Positions 22,699-35,144 of a stretch of 64,000 nucleotides of DNA are shown here, piece by piece. Below the pieces are notes generated by a model, which had not been told where the DNA came from, ran no database searches, and was given only the letters and a program-made list of their open reading frames with translations. Every line of letters starts with the position of its first letter. Position 1 is the first letter of the stretch. The translations under genes were made by a program, and so were the position numbers. The DNA comes from Podarcis muralis (lineage: Eukaryota), in contig NC_135670.1 in NCBI RefSeq assembly GCF_964188315.1, positions 6,634,001 to 6,698,000 on the forward strand, in the 5' to 3' direction.

Positions 22699-22795
22699 CA
22701 TCAGGCAGAACCCCTGCACTACCCATTGAAGTGATGTACCCCACACTTATTTTCTCCCTTGGTGTTTTTGGTTTCAGACTCACCTCCATCCAACA

Positions 22796-23293
22796 ATGGT
22801 TGACTGTGGTCCATCCTGCGCTGTCCCATCCTGTGCTTCCACCCCCACTGTTGGGTTCGGCTCAGCAGGAGGCCTTGGCTATGGTGGTCTCGGCTATGGA
22901 TTGGGAGGTCTCGGCTATGGAAATAGGGGATTCGGCTACGGATTTGGTGGTCTCGGCTATGGCTATGGAGGTGCTGAAAGAGCAGCCAACCTCGGAGTCC
23001 TGGCAGGAGTTGCCCCATCCTGCATCAACCAGATCCCACCAGCAGAGGTCGTGATCCAGCCACCTGCCTCCGTTCTGACCATCCCAGGGCCCATCCTCTC
23101 TGCCAGCTGTGAGCCTGTGGCTGTTGGAGGCAACACTCCATGTGCTGTTGGTGGTTCCGGGATCGTAGGAGGCTATGGCTATGGGGGCTTGGGCTTTGGG
23201 TCTGGTCTCCTTGGAAGCTCTGGAGGTTTCGGCTATGGTTTGGGCTACGGGAGGGGAAGGAAGTTCGGGCGTCGTTTTAGCATCTGTGCATAG
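22796..23293 (+). CDS. Gly/Tyr-rich corneous beta-protein A2, 165 aa
   Basis: CBP core; near identical to A1. Confidence 0.95.
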   Translation: MVDCGPSCAVPSCASTPTVGFGSAGGLGYGGLGYGLGGLGYGNRGFGYGFGGLGYGYGGAERAANLGVLAGVAPSCINQIPPAEVVIQPPASVLTIPGPILSASCEPVAVGGNTPCAVGGSGIVGGYGYGGLGFGSGLLGSSGGFGYGLGYGRGRKFGRRFSICA

Positions 23294-23517
23294 GCCGATT
23301 AAACCTGAGAAGCATATTATGAACTGATAATCAGAGAGCTTGAAACAGATCCATTGGGCATGGTTCAAAAGAGCTTAATCCCAGAAACCACTGCTGAAGT
23401 TGAACCTTCTTCATCCCCCACCTCTTGGCTTTGAAGTCCAGAAAACTAAGATGCTTATATGCTAAATTTCCTCTGTATTTCTCATACAGCTATCAATGTC
23501 ATTTCTTGATTATTTTC

Positions 23518-23523
23518 AATAAA
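23518..23523 (+). terminator. Poly(A) signal of A2
   Basis: AATAAA in conserved context. Confidence 0.8.
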
Positions 23524-23713
23524 GCTTTTGGCGCATTACAGTAACCCATGTGTGTTGGTTTTTGTAACACTTGGCCTCAGTTCCTCACAGCAAGCTGTCC
23601 AGCTGACTGAAGTGACTTTTTCTCTAAATTAAAACTGGAATGTGTCTCAAGGCATGTTTGCCAACAAAAAATTGACAGATGTTTGGAGGTTTTATGCTTC
23701 AACTTTAAGAGAT

Positions 23714-23844
23714 TCTGTGCTGGTAGGAAGCTATGGCTATGGGTCATTGGAAGCAATTTTGGTGGCTACCTTGGAGGTCTGAGGAGGGGTGGGCTCTTTG
23801 GAAGGAAATCCCTGCTGGGATGTTGCGGTAGTATGTGCTTTTAG
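23714..23844 (+). pseudogene. Stranded C-terminal CBP fragment downstream of A2 (frameshifted)
   Basis: Paralogue of 6303-6440 with a 7-nt deletion (ggtctcc). Confidence 0.8.
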
Positions 23845-24554
23845 ATATATTGAACTCTTGAAGAACATATGTGTGATGATGCCAGGAATGACCCTGAATG
23901 GGTGAAGATGATGCAGTGTCTTGTCCTTGGACCATCATAGAAGCCAACATCTTTTGCATGAATTCTAGCCATGTTTCATTTCTCCTGCTTTTCCCCTTGA
24001 AAGTATTTAATCCATGAATGAGTTCAGAGCCCCATTGTGCTCTGTGTTTCTTTGCCTTCCTCATCTCCTTCTTCTTGCACAATTGCCAACTTGATACTTT
24101 CCACCTTTTCATTAAAGCTCATTCTTTATTCTAATATGGCTCTCTCTTCATTTGGCACCTTTTGGCAACAATTCCTCAGAGGAGGAAATCTTCCTCTTAA
24201 TCTATAATACCATGGTCATTGATCAACATTACAAACACATTGTCCAGGTGTCTTTAAAAAATGGGGGGGGGGGGGAATGACAAATAGCATAAAATACAGT
24301 GTGAAACAAAGTAAATACAAGCAGCACAGAATGAAATAAAATGGGCATCAACATTTGAAACATCTAAATCATAGCACAAACTCCAAAGAGGAAAATTTCA
24401 GAACGTTAAATGTCAGTTCTTGGTGAATTTTGCTTGCTGCAGCACAATACATTTCTATGCTGAGAGTGATAGGTGGGCTTTGATTTGAGATAAGTAGAAT
24501 GGTAGTCTCTCACACTGGCACATTCTTGGAGTATGCTGGCCTAGGGAGACCCTG

Positions 24555-24770
24555 AATTATTTGATAAATGCAGAACCTTTCATTTGTCCCTATTGAAACT
24601 CATTTTGCTAGTTTGAGCCCAGCTCTCCAATCTGTTACAGTCATTTTGAATCCTGATTGTGTCTTCAGTGGTGTTACCTACCCCTCCCTGTTTGGTGCCA
24701 TCTGCACATCTGATGAGCACATCCACTCAGTTCCTTCATCCAAGTCATTTATAAAGACACTGAACAACAA
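24555..24770 (-). mobile_element. CR1 RT fragment
   Basis: FSVFINDLDEGTEWMCS and tttcaatagggacaaatg are typical CR1 sequence. Confidence 0.75.
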
Positions 24771-25013
24771 CACAACCTTCTTGACACATATAATCCAAAA
24801 ATGGTTGCCACACATTATAGAAAAGATGGGGGTTAGAATTCTCCTTGGTCTCACAATCTGGCACATCAGATTTTCAGCCACAGCAATTGTCCAAGCTCTA
24901 GACTACCATGCTTTAATGTTCAAGCCCAAGGCAGTGCGCCATCACATGACTATTTCCATGTGTGCCACTATGAGGAGAAACATAAAAAGTACTTTATGTG
25001 CAATTGGTGGAGT

Positions 25014-25445
25014 TGTTGTTGTTGTTTAGTCGTTTAGTCGTGTCCGACTCTTCGTGACCCCATGGACCAGAGCACGCCAGGCACTCCTGTCTTCCACCGC
25101 CTCCCGCAGTTTGGTCAGGCTCATGTTTGTAGCTTCGAGAACACTATGCAACCATCTCATCCTCTGTCGTCCCCTTCTCCTTGTGCCCTCCATCTTTCCC
25201 AACATCAGGGTCTTTTCCAGGGAGTCTTCTCTTCTCATGAGGTGGCCAAAGTATTGGAGCCTCAACTTCACGATCTGTCCTTCCAGTGAGCACTCAGGTC
25301 TGATTTCCTTAAGAATGGATGCGTTTGATCTTCTTGCAGTCCATGGGACTCTCAAGAGTCTCCTCCAGCACCATAATTCAAAAGCATCAATTCTTCGGCG
25401 ATCAGCCTTCTTTATGGTCCAGCTCTCACTTCCATACATCACTAC
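25014..25445 (-). mobile_element. Bov-B LINE 3' end
   Basis: YGSESWTIKKADRRRIDAFELWCWRR peptide; TSD tggtggagt 25005-25013 / 25446-25454. Confidence 0.9.
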
Positions 25446-25679
25446 TGGTGGAGTAGACATGCCTTTTATTCCAAGCAAAGCAAGTTGATGGGTAGGTTCA
25501 TTTTGTATATTAAACTGAGTTCTTTAAATACCAGAATCAAAAATGGATAAGCAGATTTGAAAAACCCCTACATATGTACAGTACTAAGATCCAGTACTAA
25601 GATTGATGTCACCCCTGGTATCATGTGGGAAATCCAGAAAACAGTATGAGACCAGCTATGTAAGAGTTTCAAAGAGAGG

Positions 25680-25925
25680 AGGAAGAGGAAGAAGAGTTTG
25701 GATTTGATATCCTGCTTTATCACTACCCGAAGGAGTCTCAAAGCAGCTAACATTCTCCTTTCCCTTCCTCCCCCACAACAAACACTCTGTGAGGTGAGTG
25801 GGGCTGAGAGACTTCAGAGAAGTGTGACTGGCCCAAGGTCACCCAGCAGCTGCATGTGGAGGAGCGGAGACACGAACCCGGTTCACCAGATTACGAGTCT
25901 ACCGCTCTTAACCACTACACCAGCT
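25680..25925 (-). mobile_element. Squam3-like SINE
   Basis: Similar to 7175-7460. Confidence 0.7.
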
Positions 25926-25948
25926 CCATTACTTGGAGGATTCCATTA

Positions 25949-26306
25949 AAGGTAAAGGTACCCCTGCCCGTACGGGCCAGTCTTGACAGACTCTAGGGTT
26001 GTGCGCCCATCTCACTTAAGAGGCCAGGGGCCAGCGCTGTCCGGAGACACTTCCGGGTCACGTGGCCAGCATGACAAAGTCGCATCTGGCGAGCCAACGC
26101 AGCACACGGAAACGCCGTTTACCTTCCGGCTAGTAAGCGGTCCCTATTTATCTACTTGCACCCGGAGGTGCTTTCGAACTGCTAGGTTGGCAGGCGCTCG
26201 GACCGAGCAACGGGAGCGCACCCCGCCGCGGGGATTCGAACCGCCGACCTTTCGATCGGCAAGCCCTAGGCGCTGAGGCTTTTACCCACAGCGCCACCCG
26301 CGTCCC
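25949..26306 (-). mobile_element. Sauria SINE with 12-bp TSD
   Basis: Full head and tail; TSD aggattccatta 25937-25948 / 26309-26320. Confidence 0.9.
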
Positions 26307-26429
26307 GCAGGATTCCATTACTTGCACCAAAAATGTTTTGAAATGTTTCCCTCCCCACAAGCATGTTCTGCTTTTCATTAGAGATTATTACTTCAAAGTC
26401 TGTTTCCCAAGGAATTTTTGTAACCATAA

Positions 26430-28550
26430 AATTCTACCTCAAATAACATTTTAAAAATATGGTTGATACTTCTTCTTTGGCAACCACTCGTAGCCAAGTA
26501 AGATTTTCTTCCATGAGCACGGTATTAACAGTGAGTCCATAAGTGACTGTGTAGGCCACTTCTGGACCCACACGTCCTTCCACAGCTGGGACATAGGTTT
26601 CCGGGCAGGAGTTGATCATGGTGAGGGTTTGCCAAAAGTGCCTTCCTCTGAGCACATTTCTCCCTTTCGTCCTGAGTTTGAGCATCTTCAAAGTCCATGA
26701 CACTTTTAGTAAAAGTTGTTCTCCAATTGGAGCGCTTGCAGGCCAGTGTTTCCCAGTTGTCGGTGTTTATACTACTTCTTTTAGATTTGTCTTGAGAGAG
26801 TCTTTAGACCTCTTTTGTTGACGACCAGCATTATGCTTTCCATTTTTAAGTTCAGAAGTTTGGAAGATGATAATCAGGCATCCGAACAACATGACCAGTC
26901 CAACGAAGTTGATGTTGAAGAATCATTGCTTCAACACTGCTAATCTTTGCTTCTTCCAGTACACTGGCATTAGTTCGCCTGCCTTCCCAAGTGATGTACA
27001 AAATTTTTCAGAGACACTGTTGATGGAAACTTTCAAGGAGTTGGAGATGGCATTTATAAAAGGTCCATGTTTCACAAGCATGCAGTAATGTTGGCAGTAC
27101 AATAGCTTCGTAAACAAGCATTTTGGTTTCCCTGCAAATGTCCTAGTCCTCAAACACTTGATTTGGGAGAAAGCTGCATTCGCTGAACTCAGGCAATGCT
27201 GGATTTCAGCACCAATGTCAGCCCTTGTGGAAAGATAATTGCCCAGGTAAAATGTGATTGACAAGTGATCCACACTTTCCAACGTTACACCATTGAGTTG
27301 GATTTGTGGCACTGCAGAGGGGTTGTTTTGTGCTTGTTGGTGAAGTACTTTGGTTTTCTGGATGTTGAGCAATAGGCCAAGTTGTTTGTAAGCTTCAGCA
27401 AAGATATTTAGGATGGTTTGGAGGTCATCCTCTGAGTGTGCACACACTATGTTGTCATCAGCATACTGAAGCTCTATGTCTGACTCTAGGGTTGTGCGCC
27501 CATCTCACTTAAGAGGCCAGGGGCCAGCGCTGTCCGGAGACACTTCCGGGTCATGTGGCCAGCGTGATGAAGCTGCTCTGGTGAGCCAGCACCAGCACAG
27601 CACACGGAAACGCCGTTTACCTTCCCGCTATAAAGCGGTACCTATTTATCTACTTGCATTTAGGGGTGCTTTCGAACTGCTAGGTGGGCAGGAGCTGGGA
27701 CCAAAGACAGGAGCTCACCCCGCCACGGGGATTCGAACCGCCGACCATGCGATCAGCAAGTCCTAGGCACTGAGGTTTTACCCACAGCGCCACCCGCGTC
27801 CCAAGTAATCTTACTCTTTGCTTTTAGCGTATTCAGATTAAAGAGCTTTCCATCTGTTCGATATATGATTTCTACTCCAGTGGTGAGTTTCCCCTCAACA
27901 AAGTGTAGGATCATACCAATGAAAATAGTGAATAGAGTTGGGACGGTAACACAACCCTGTTTAACACCTGATCCCACTGTGAATGGTTCACTTTGAGAGC
28001 CATTATTATCTGTGATTGTTGCTGTCATATTATCATGGAGGAGCTGAATGATGTTCACAAATTTATCCTGGCAGCCAATTTTCAGAAGGACAGCCCAGAG
28101 GGCATTACAATTTATAGTATCAAAGGCCTTAGACAGGTCAATAAATGCCATATACAGGAATTGGTTTTGCTCTCCGCATTTTTCTTGAAATTGTCAAGAG
28201 GTGAAAATCATGCCCACTGTCCTCCTAGAAGGTCTAAAACCTTTTTGGGATTCAGGAAGGGTAACCTTGGATATTGTTAGGAGATGGTTTGCTAAGATTC
28301 TTCAAGTATTTTGCCGCTCACAGCTAATAAAGAGATGCCTTGATAGTTTCTGCAATCCATTTCATCACCTTTTCTTAAAGAGAGTGATAATTTTGGCATC
28401 CCTAAAGTCTGATGGGATCTCCTCTCACTCTCTCGCAGACTCTTTTTTCCCAATGAGCTTGTGATACTACACCCTTTGTTGTAGCGGGAGCATTCACCAT
28501 AAGGTGTTCTAAAGCAGTCGATTCTCAGTCTGCTTAAATGGCTGTGCATG
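26430..28550 (-). mobile_element. RTE-clade LINE (non-Bov-B), degenerate RT and 3' end
   Basis: NYQGISLLAVSGKIL, AFIDLSKAFDT, GVKQGC, ELQYADD, CAHSEDDLQ motifs. Confidence 0.85.
27478..27802 (-). mobile_element. Sauria SINE nested in the RTE LINE, tail missing
   Basis: Interrupts AKSKIT...IELQYADD; no ccttta tail, no TSD. Confidence 0.85.
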
Positions 28551-28653
28551 GTTTTAACAGAAAGAAAAACAACTAATTAAAATCAAACCATGGCCATGCT
28601 ACACTAGGAGTTTTAGTCAAGATCTGTTCTTTACATTGGGGAGGAACCAGTTA

Positions 28654-28912
28654 CCGTATTTTTTGCTCTATAAGACGCACCAAACCACAAGACGCACCTA
28701 GTTTTTGGAGGAGGAAAACAAGAAAAAAAATATTCTGAATCTCAGAAGCCAGAACAGCAAGAGGGATCGCTGCGCAGTGAAAGCAGCAATCCCTCTTGGT
28801 GTTCTGGCTTCTGGGATAGCTGCGCAGCCTGCATTCACTCCATAAGACGCACACACATTTCCCCTTACTTTTTAGGAGGGAAAAAGTGAGTCTTATAGAG
28901 CAAAAAACACGG
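28654..28912. mobile_element. Tc1/mariner MITE (CCGTATTT family)
   Basis: TIRs ccgtattttttgctctataagac / gtcttatagagcaaaaaacacgg, TA TSD; second copy 34001-34259. Confidence 0.85.
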
Positions 28913-29159
28913 TACATAAAAAAACAACAACCCTGAGTCTACATAGACCTGATTGTTCCTAGCCAGTGGCATAGAGTGGGGTGGGGGAGTAGAGGGGCGA
29001 TTCCCCAGGCACAAAATTGGTAGGGGTGCAAAATTTCAACACCTGGTGCTGTCTCAATACAGCTGTGCAATTCCAGTGCTGGGCCCAGTTGAAAATGGCT
29101 TCTCTATGTGAAGCAGGAAGTGACCTCTCCAGAAAGTGACCTCTCCAGTCAACAGAATG

Positions 29160-29160
29160 C

Positions 29161-29199
<39 letters not shown>

Positions 29200-29540
29200 T
29201 CTGTTGGCCTCTCCCAACAGAATATTAAAAACACGATAAAACATCAAACATTGAAAGCTTCTCTAAATATGACTGCCTTCAGATGTCTTCTTAAAGTCAG
29301 AGACTTGTTTATTTCTTTGACATCTGATGGGAGAGCAGGTGCCACTACCGAGAAGGCCCTCTTCCTGGTTCCCTGTAACCTCACTTCTCGTAGAGAGGGA
29401 ACTGCCAGAAGGCCCTCGGCACTGGACCTCAGTGTCCGGGCTGAATGATGGGGGTGGAGGCACTCCTTCAGGTATTCTGGGCTGAGGCCTTTTAGGGCTT
29501 TAAAGGTCAGCACCAACACTTTGAATTATACTCAGAAACG
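29160..29540 (-). mobile_element. L2 3' end with (ATG)n tail
   Basis: LVLTFKALKGLSPEYLK...RAFSVVAP peptide. Confidence 0.8.
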
Positions 29541-31334
29541 TGCTCTTATCTCTGTGGTTGCAATCTCCTGGGTGACGCGGACGCTGTTAGGTGGCTGAAT
29601 GTGCACACATATTCTGTCCATTTAATCCCACTCTGTATGGCCCCAGGAACTGGCAACCCATGCTTTGCCACTGTTCCCAGCCTTCCCAGTTTCTTGATCT
29701 TCTTAATACGCAAATGTTCTGCACATGGGATATTTCATTAATTGTCACCTACACTTTTGGGAAATACCATTTGTTGTAGTGCTTCACAACTCCCTAGGCA
29801 TCCACAACCGACATAAAACCCCTTTCCCCAAAATACATTTACTCAATTAGTCAAAGGAAATGCCTCAGATAGTTTTCAATCTGCTGTCTATATTTACTTC
29901 CTTTTTGAAGTCAGTCATTTCAGCAAAGTCTGGTGGAGTGAGAAATCCTATTCTTGAATCCATCTCTTTCTGTATCTGTTTCATCACAAACTGAATTAGC
30001 TCCCTGCATATTAGACATGGACTCCGCCTCAACAGAATGACCGCTCCCCGCTTAAAACGGGGGCACACTTTGCGTGGACGCGAGCAGCCCCTAGATCTGG
30101 AGCGGCTCCAACAGCATAGGCTTGGTTTGCCTTCCCTCAGGTGGGATACCTGGAGGTCTCCGCCTACCTCAGTCATTTGCCTAATCCCACCTGGGGGAAG
30201 CGTTGCCAAGGAGACCAGGCCAGGTAGGGGAGGGATTACCTGCCCACACAATAGAGGGAGGATCTTACCTGGGAATCCTCACTTGGCTCCAGAGCTTCTC
30301 CCACCCTACCCACCCTCAGTTAATGTCTTATTTTGCAGGTTAACTTTTCTTCACAGGTTTCGCAGGTTAACTTTTCTTCACAGGTATGCGGGCGCTGCTA
30401 CGTAAGGTCGCTGTTAAAGGGCTGGAAAGGAATTTCCCTTCATTGGCAGGTTTCGCCTTTCCCGTAGCAAAACGTCACAACTTTGGCGGTATCAGGCCTT
30501 GGGCGGAATCCTTTAGTCCATCTTCCTCTTTGCAGCGGCGATACCAGGGTTCCCCGTTAAAGGGGTTTCTGAAGGGAGGCTTTGGCCATGCGCCGAAAGG
30601 TTGTCATTGCTCTCCCCTGCGGCGGCGGTGTAACGGGGGCGGCTATCTCTGCTTGAACATATGTTCTCCAGAGCCGGCCCATCCCCCCCACACACACACA
30701 CTGGATAACCCTGATGCTCCCTAGGTCCCTGGCTGGGGACTGGGGAGGGAGAACGCCCAATGCCTGAGCCAAGGTCTACCCACATTTGAAATTTAATAAA
30801 GTTGTGGCCAATTTAATCCCATAGCACGTTGTCTCGAGTCATTATTCCACATGACGGGGGGACCGCGGGGGATCTGGGGACTCCGCCTGTCCACGCAAAA
30901 CAGTCTCCAGGTTTGCTTACAGCAGCTTTTACCTTTTGACACCTAGTGACAGGGTAAACCTTCTCTCTGGCTCCCAGTACATTCTGCCTAAGAATTTTGG
31001 CTCATCTTTCCCTCCCCAGTAAATCTTTGCCTCAGACACGGGAGCTAATCTGGATGCCGTCAGTGACCTTTGCTGTTTTGTGAGGAAACATCTTTTTGGA
31101 AGTATTTAGATCTTCTCTTAATAAAGTGATTCCTGTACCTGTGTCTAGAGATGCCCAATGTGCGTTGTTATTCATTAAAACTTCCTCCATGAACTCAGTG
31201 TCAAAGTTTGCGGCTTTCTCAAACCTCATTTACAGAGTTTGACCTTTTTGGAGGGCTTGGACTGGTTTGGACTCAGTCTGACCCTTTTGTTTCTTTCCCC
31301 CTTATGGTTTTGATCGATGGGCTACTTTTAAAAA

Positions 31335-31693
31335 CTAGGGCCAGGGCCTTTTCAGTACTGGCCCCGACTTGGTGGAATGCTCTGTCCCAAGACACCAGGG
31401 CCCTGCGGGACTTGACATCTTTCCACAGGGCCTGCAAGACAGAGCTGTTCTGCCTGGTCTTTGGTTTGGACTCGGTCTGACCCTTATGTTGCCCTCCCCT
31501 TATGGTTTTGATTCATGGGCTACTTTTAAAATGAGGCTGCATTTTAATTTGCATTTTAACCTGTATTTTAAATCGGGTTTTTTTTCTATTATGTTTTTAT
31601 TGTAATTTTACTGGTGTTAGCCGTCCTGAGCCCAGCTCTGGCCGGGGAGGGTTCGGTATAAATAAAAATTATTATTATTATTATTATTATTAT
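31335..31693 (+). mobile_element. L2 3' end with (TTA)n tail
   Basis: RARAFSVLAPTWWNAL peptide; shorter mirror copy at 40575-40790. Confidence 0.8.
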
Positions 31694-32600
31694 GGCGAGA
31701 TGTCTACAGCTTTTGCCATTTTAACTGGGGAGCTGGGGCACTAGGTGCTACTGACCTGACTTGGCACCTTTCTCTGTGCAGTTTGCTTGCCTCTCTCCTC
31801 ATCTTCAAGGCTAATTGGTCTGCTAACACAACCACCTCGTGGACATTCTGAGGATTTCTGTCTCTCAAAATTCGAGAACATGTATAGAGAGACTTTTTTC
31901 TCCCTTTCTCATCTTGCTAGAAGCAGGGGTCATGCAGGGGACCAGAATCTTGCAGAATTCAGTGAAAGCAAAAGGATATAGTTCTTCACAAAATGCATAA
32001 ACTTCTAGATTCAGTACCAGAAGATGTGGTGATTGCCACTAGTTTGGATGGCTTTAAATGCTGATTACAGATCAAAAAAATGAAGTCAAGGTTTAAATGT
32101 GCTTAATATATTTCTTTAACTCGTGTATGCAATAATTTAAAACTTTATCAAAATACAGTATTTGACTGAGAGGCTGGATAATCCTGCACCATTTGACTAC
32201 ATTATCTCCCATCAAAAATATGTTATTGTCCAAAGTCTTGTAACATATCGATTACAAAAGCTGTAGTCCACAATACATTCCACACTGTGTACGTATGCAA
32301 ATGTTGCAAAACTACAAAAGATTATCTAGCTATTATGACTGTTGCTTCTCTGAATAATTAATGGTTTGAGGCACTCTAAAAGGGGACTTGTTTTGAAAAA
32401 GGGGGAAATGATAATTCTCTCAAGGCGAATGGACCTTATTTTAACCACATAGAACTATACCATTCAGGGGGACAGAGAGAAAGTTTTAGTTTGGCCAAAA
32501 ACTGCTTCAGAAAGCTGAGGCCCTGGACACCTTGCTATGCGGAACTGAGGCTTTACATTTAAAAACCAGGACAAACAGGTTATTAGAATGCAGAACAAGC

Positions 32601-32606
32601 TTTATT
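32601..32606 (-). terminator. Poly(A) signal of B2
   Basis: AATAAA on minus strand in conserved context. Confidence 0.8.
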
Positions 32607-32811
32607 GAAAAGGTCAAAGTAAGAGCATTGAAAGGGGCAAAGAAGAAAATCGGTGTAGAAGGATCTTTTTTCTTCTGCACTCTGAAGCAAAGAACGGAGG
32701 ATGAATTCCAGGAGCGATTGCTTGAGTTCATCTTTTCTGAACCATGGCCGATAGATCTGTATCAAGCCCTCTGATTATCAGTTCAGGATATGCTTCTCAG
32801 GTTCATTTGGC

Positions 32812-33303
32812 CTATGAACAGATGCTAAAACGACGCCCGAACTTCCTTCCCCTCCCGTAGCCCAAACCATAGCCGAAACCTCCAGAGCTTCCAAGGAGGC
32901 CAGACCCATAGCCCAAGCCCCCAAAGCCTCCTACGATCCCGGAACCACCAACGGCACATGGAGTGTTGCCTCCAACAGCCACAGGCTCACAGCTGGCAGA
33001 GAGGATGGGCCCTGGGATGGTCACAACGCAGGCAGGTGGCTGGACCACGACCTCTGCTGGTGGGATCTGGTTGATGGGTTTAGGGATAATCCCATCTAGG
33101 ATGCCAAGGTTGGCTGCTCTTTCAGCACCTCCATAGCCATAGCCGAGACCACCAAATCCGTAGCCGAATCCTCCATTTCCATAGCCAAGACCTCCCAATC
33201 CATGGCCGAGACCACCATAGCCAAGACCTCCTGCTGAGCCAAACCCAACAGTGGGGGTGGAAGCACAGGATGGGACAGCGCAGGATGGACCACAGTCAAC
33301 CAT
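32812..33303 (-). CDS. Gly/Tyr-rich corneous beta-protein B2, 163 aa
   Basis: CBP core preceded by variant GILDGIIPKP; acceptor 33322-33323. Confidence 0.95.
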   Translation of the reverse strand: MVDCGPSCAVPSCASTPTVGFGSAGGLGYGGLGHGLGGLGYGNGGFGYGFGGLGYGYGGAERAANLGILDGIIPKPINQIPPAEVVVQPPACVVTIPGPILSASCEPVAVGGNTPCAVGGSGIVGGFGGLGYGSGLLGSSGGFGYGLGYGRGRKFGRRFSICS

Positions 33304-34000
33304 TGTTGGGTGGAGGTGAGTCTGAAACCAAAAACACCAAGGGAGAAAATAAGTGTGGGGTACATCACTTCAATGAGGGTGGGCCACAGTCAACCATGGG
33401 TGAAGAAGAATCTAAAGTATACAACTGAAGAACTGAGTTGAATATGGAGCATGAAAACCAAAGAGGGCCAAATAATTATAAAAGCTCAGATATAACATAC
33501 TTCAGGGAGAGTCAGTGTGTAGTTTTTTTCTGATGTTGCAGACTTCAATTTGCATCAGACCCAACCAGCATGAACAACAGAGAACGGTGATGAGACTATA
33601 GGAACCTCACTATAACTACTGAGTGAGAACTACACCCCTGTGGTAGATGCTGTAGAAAAATAAGAAAATACTCACATACTTTGTTGGTCTCCATGTTTCC
33701 ATGTTCGTGCTCTGAATCAAGAAGCTTGTTATGTCAACAATTCTATGAAGCATTTTTTGACAGGCTGGACCACTATAAACTATTATCAACCCACTATAAA
33801 CTATTATCGACCCAATCTGTTATCTATTTACCTGGGATTAAGCATTAGTGAATACAATTGGGTTTACTTATTAGTAAAACGCAGAGTTTTGTGCTATAAA
33901 AGGCAGAAATGTGTGTATATATGTGTGTGTGTGTGTGTGTAAATGACATTTAGGAAGAGAGATAATAGAAACTGGTGCCACGTTCTAAATATCACAATGA

Positions 34001-34259
34001 CCATATTTTTTGCTCTATAAAATGCACCAGACCACAAGACGCACCTAGTTTTTGGAGGAGGAAAACAAGAAAAAAAATATTCTGAATCTCAGAAGCCAGA
34101 ACAGCAAGAGGGATCACTGCGCAGTGAAAGCAGCAATCCCTCTTGCTGTTCTGGCTTCTGGGATAGCTGCGCAGCCTACATTCACTCCATAAGATGCACA
34201 CACATTTCCCCTTACTTTTTAGGAGGGAAAAAGTGAGTCTTATAGAGCAAAAAATACGG
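34001..34259. mobile_element. Tc1/mariner MITE in B2 intron
   Basis: Near copy of 28654-28912. Confidence 0.85.
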
Positions 34260-34697
34260 TATATTTAACAGGCATACATGACATTACCATGCAGATCTTC
34301 TCCTACTATGCTTGCTGAATGGCACAACCAGACTTCAACTCCCATCTGCCTCAGCCACCATAGACAATGGCCATGGAATATAGGAGCTATAGTTCATAAA
34401 CATCTGCAAAGCCCCTGGTTCTCCTTCCCGGTTCTAAACATATGTCCAAAGAATCAGGGATGATTTATTTTATAAACCTGCAGGGGGTGAAGGAGGGATG
34501 GGGAACCTGTGCCCCTGAAGTTGTTGCAGGATCCCAAGTCCTCTCAGCCAGCATTCCCAATGGACAAGGATGATGGAAGCAACATTGCAAGGAACACAGG
34601 ATGCCCATCCCTGCTCTAATTGGAAGAGCCATCTAGCCTTACTTTAATGTGAACCTATGACAAGCTTGGAAATATCCCCCCAAGAAAATAGGCTTAC

Positions 34698-34779
34698 CTG
34701 CTGCTTTGGTGAGATGTAGTGAAGACAGGAGAGTCAGATGAAGCTGTTGGAGAAACTGGAAGAACTTTGAGCTTTTATA
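34698..34779 (-). promoter_or_regulatory. TATA box and non-coding exon 1 of B2
   Basis: tataaaa 34773-34779 (minus), donor gcag|gtaag (GT 34696-34697). Confidence 0.75.
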
Positions 34780-35144
34780 CAGTTCTGCAAGCTGCCCCCG
34801 TCACCAAGGGACTGCCTCTTCTGACTAATTTTTTATTTAGTTGTTGACAATTTAATGCGCAAAATTACTTCACTAAGCACAAAAGGTCACAAAATTAAGT
34901 GGTTGTAATAATGAAAGACTAATAGTCTTAACACCATTCCCACTCCCTTCCTTTTAATTTTGCTGACTTCGAGTCTGATGCTTGAAACCAGATGCACCCA
35001 GAGGGAGCAGATAGAGATCTTCAAAGCGCTTTCATCAGCTTAAGGGACTCTAGGACATCATCAAAGATTTTGCATATGCATACCGGATTCTAAGAGATCT
35101 CCAGTATCAGTGTCCTCACGAAAATCCATCAGCACACAGTTGTA

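Larger units (their letters stand above)
30957..33375 (-). repeat. Left arm of long inverted repeat (B2 CDS, 3' UTR and flank)
   Basis: Reverse complement matches 38851-41106 throughout; the ORF track shows mirror ORFs 31032/40832, 31787/40284 and 32532/39464. Confidence 0.9.

Noticed and set aside
22862-23368. Antisense ORFs over CBP genes (also 5608-5958 and 51649-52293)
   Set aside because: Expected shadow ORFs of low-complexity Gly-rich coding sequence; no promoter or splice support.
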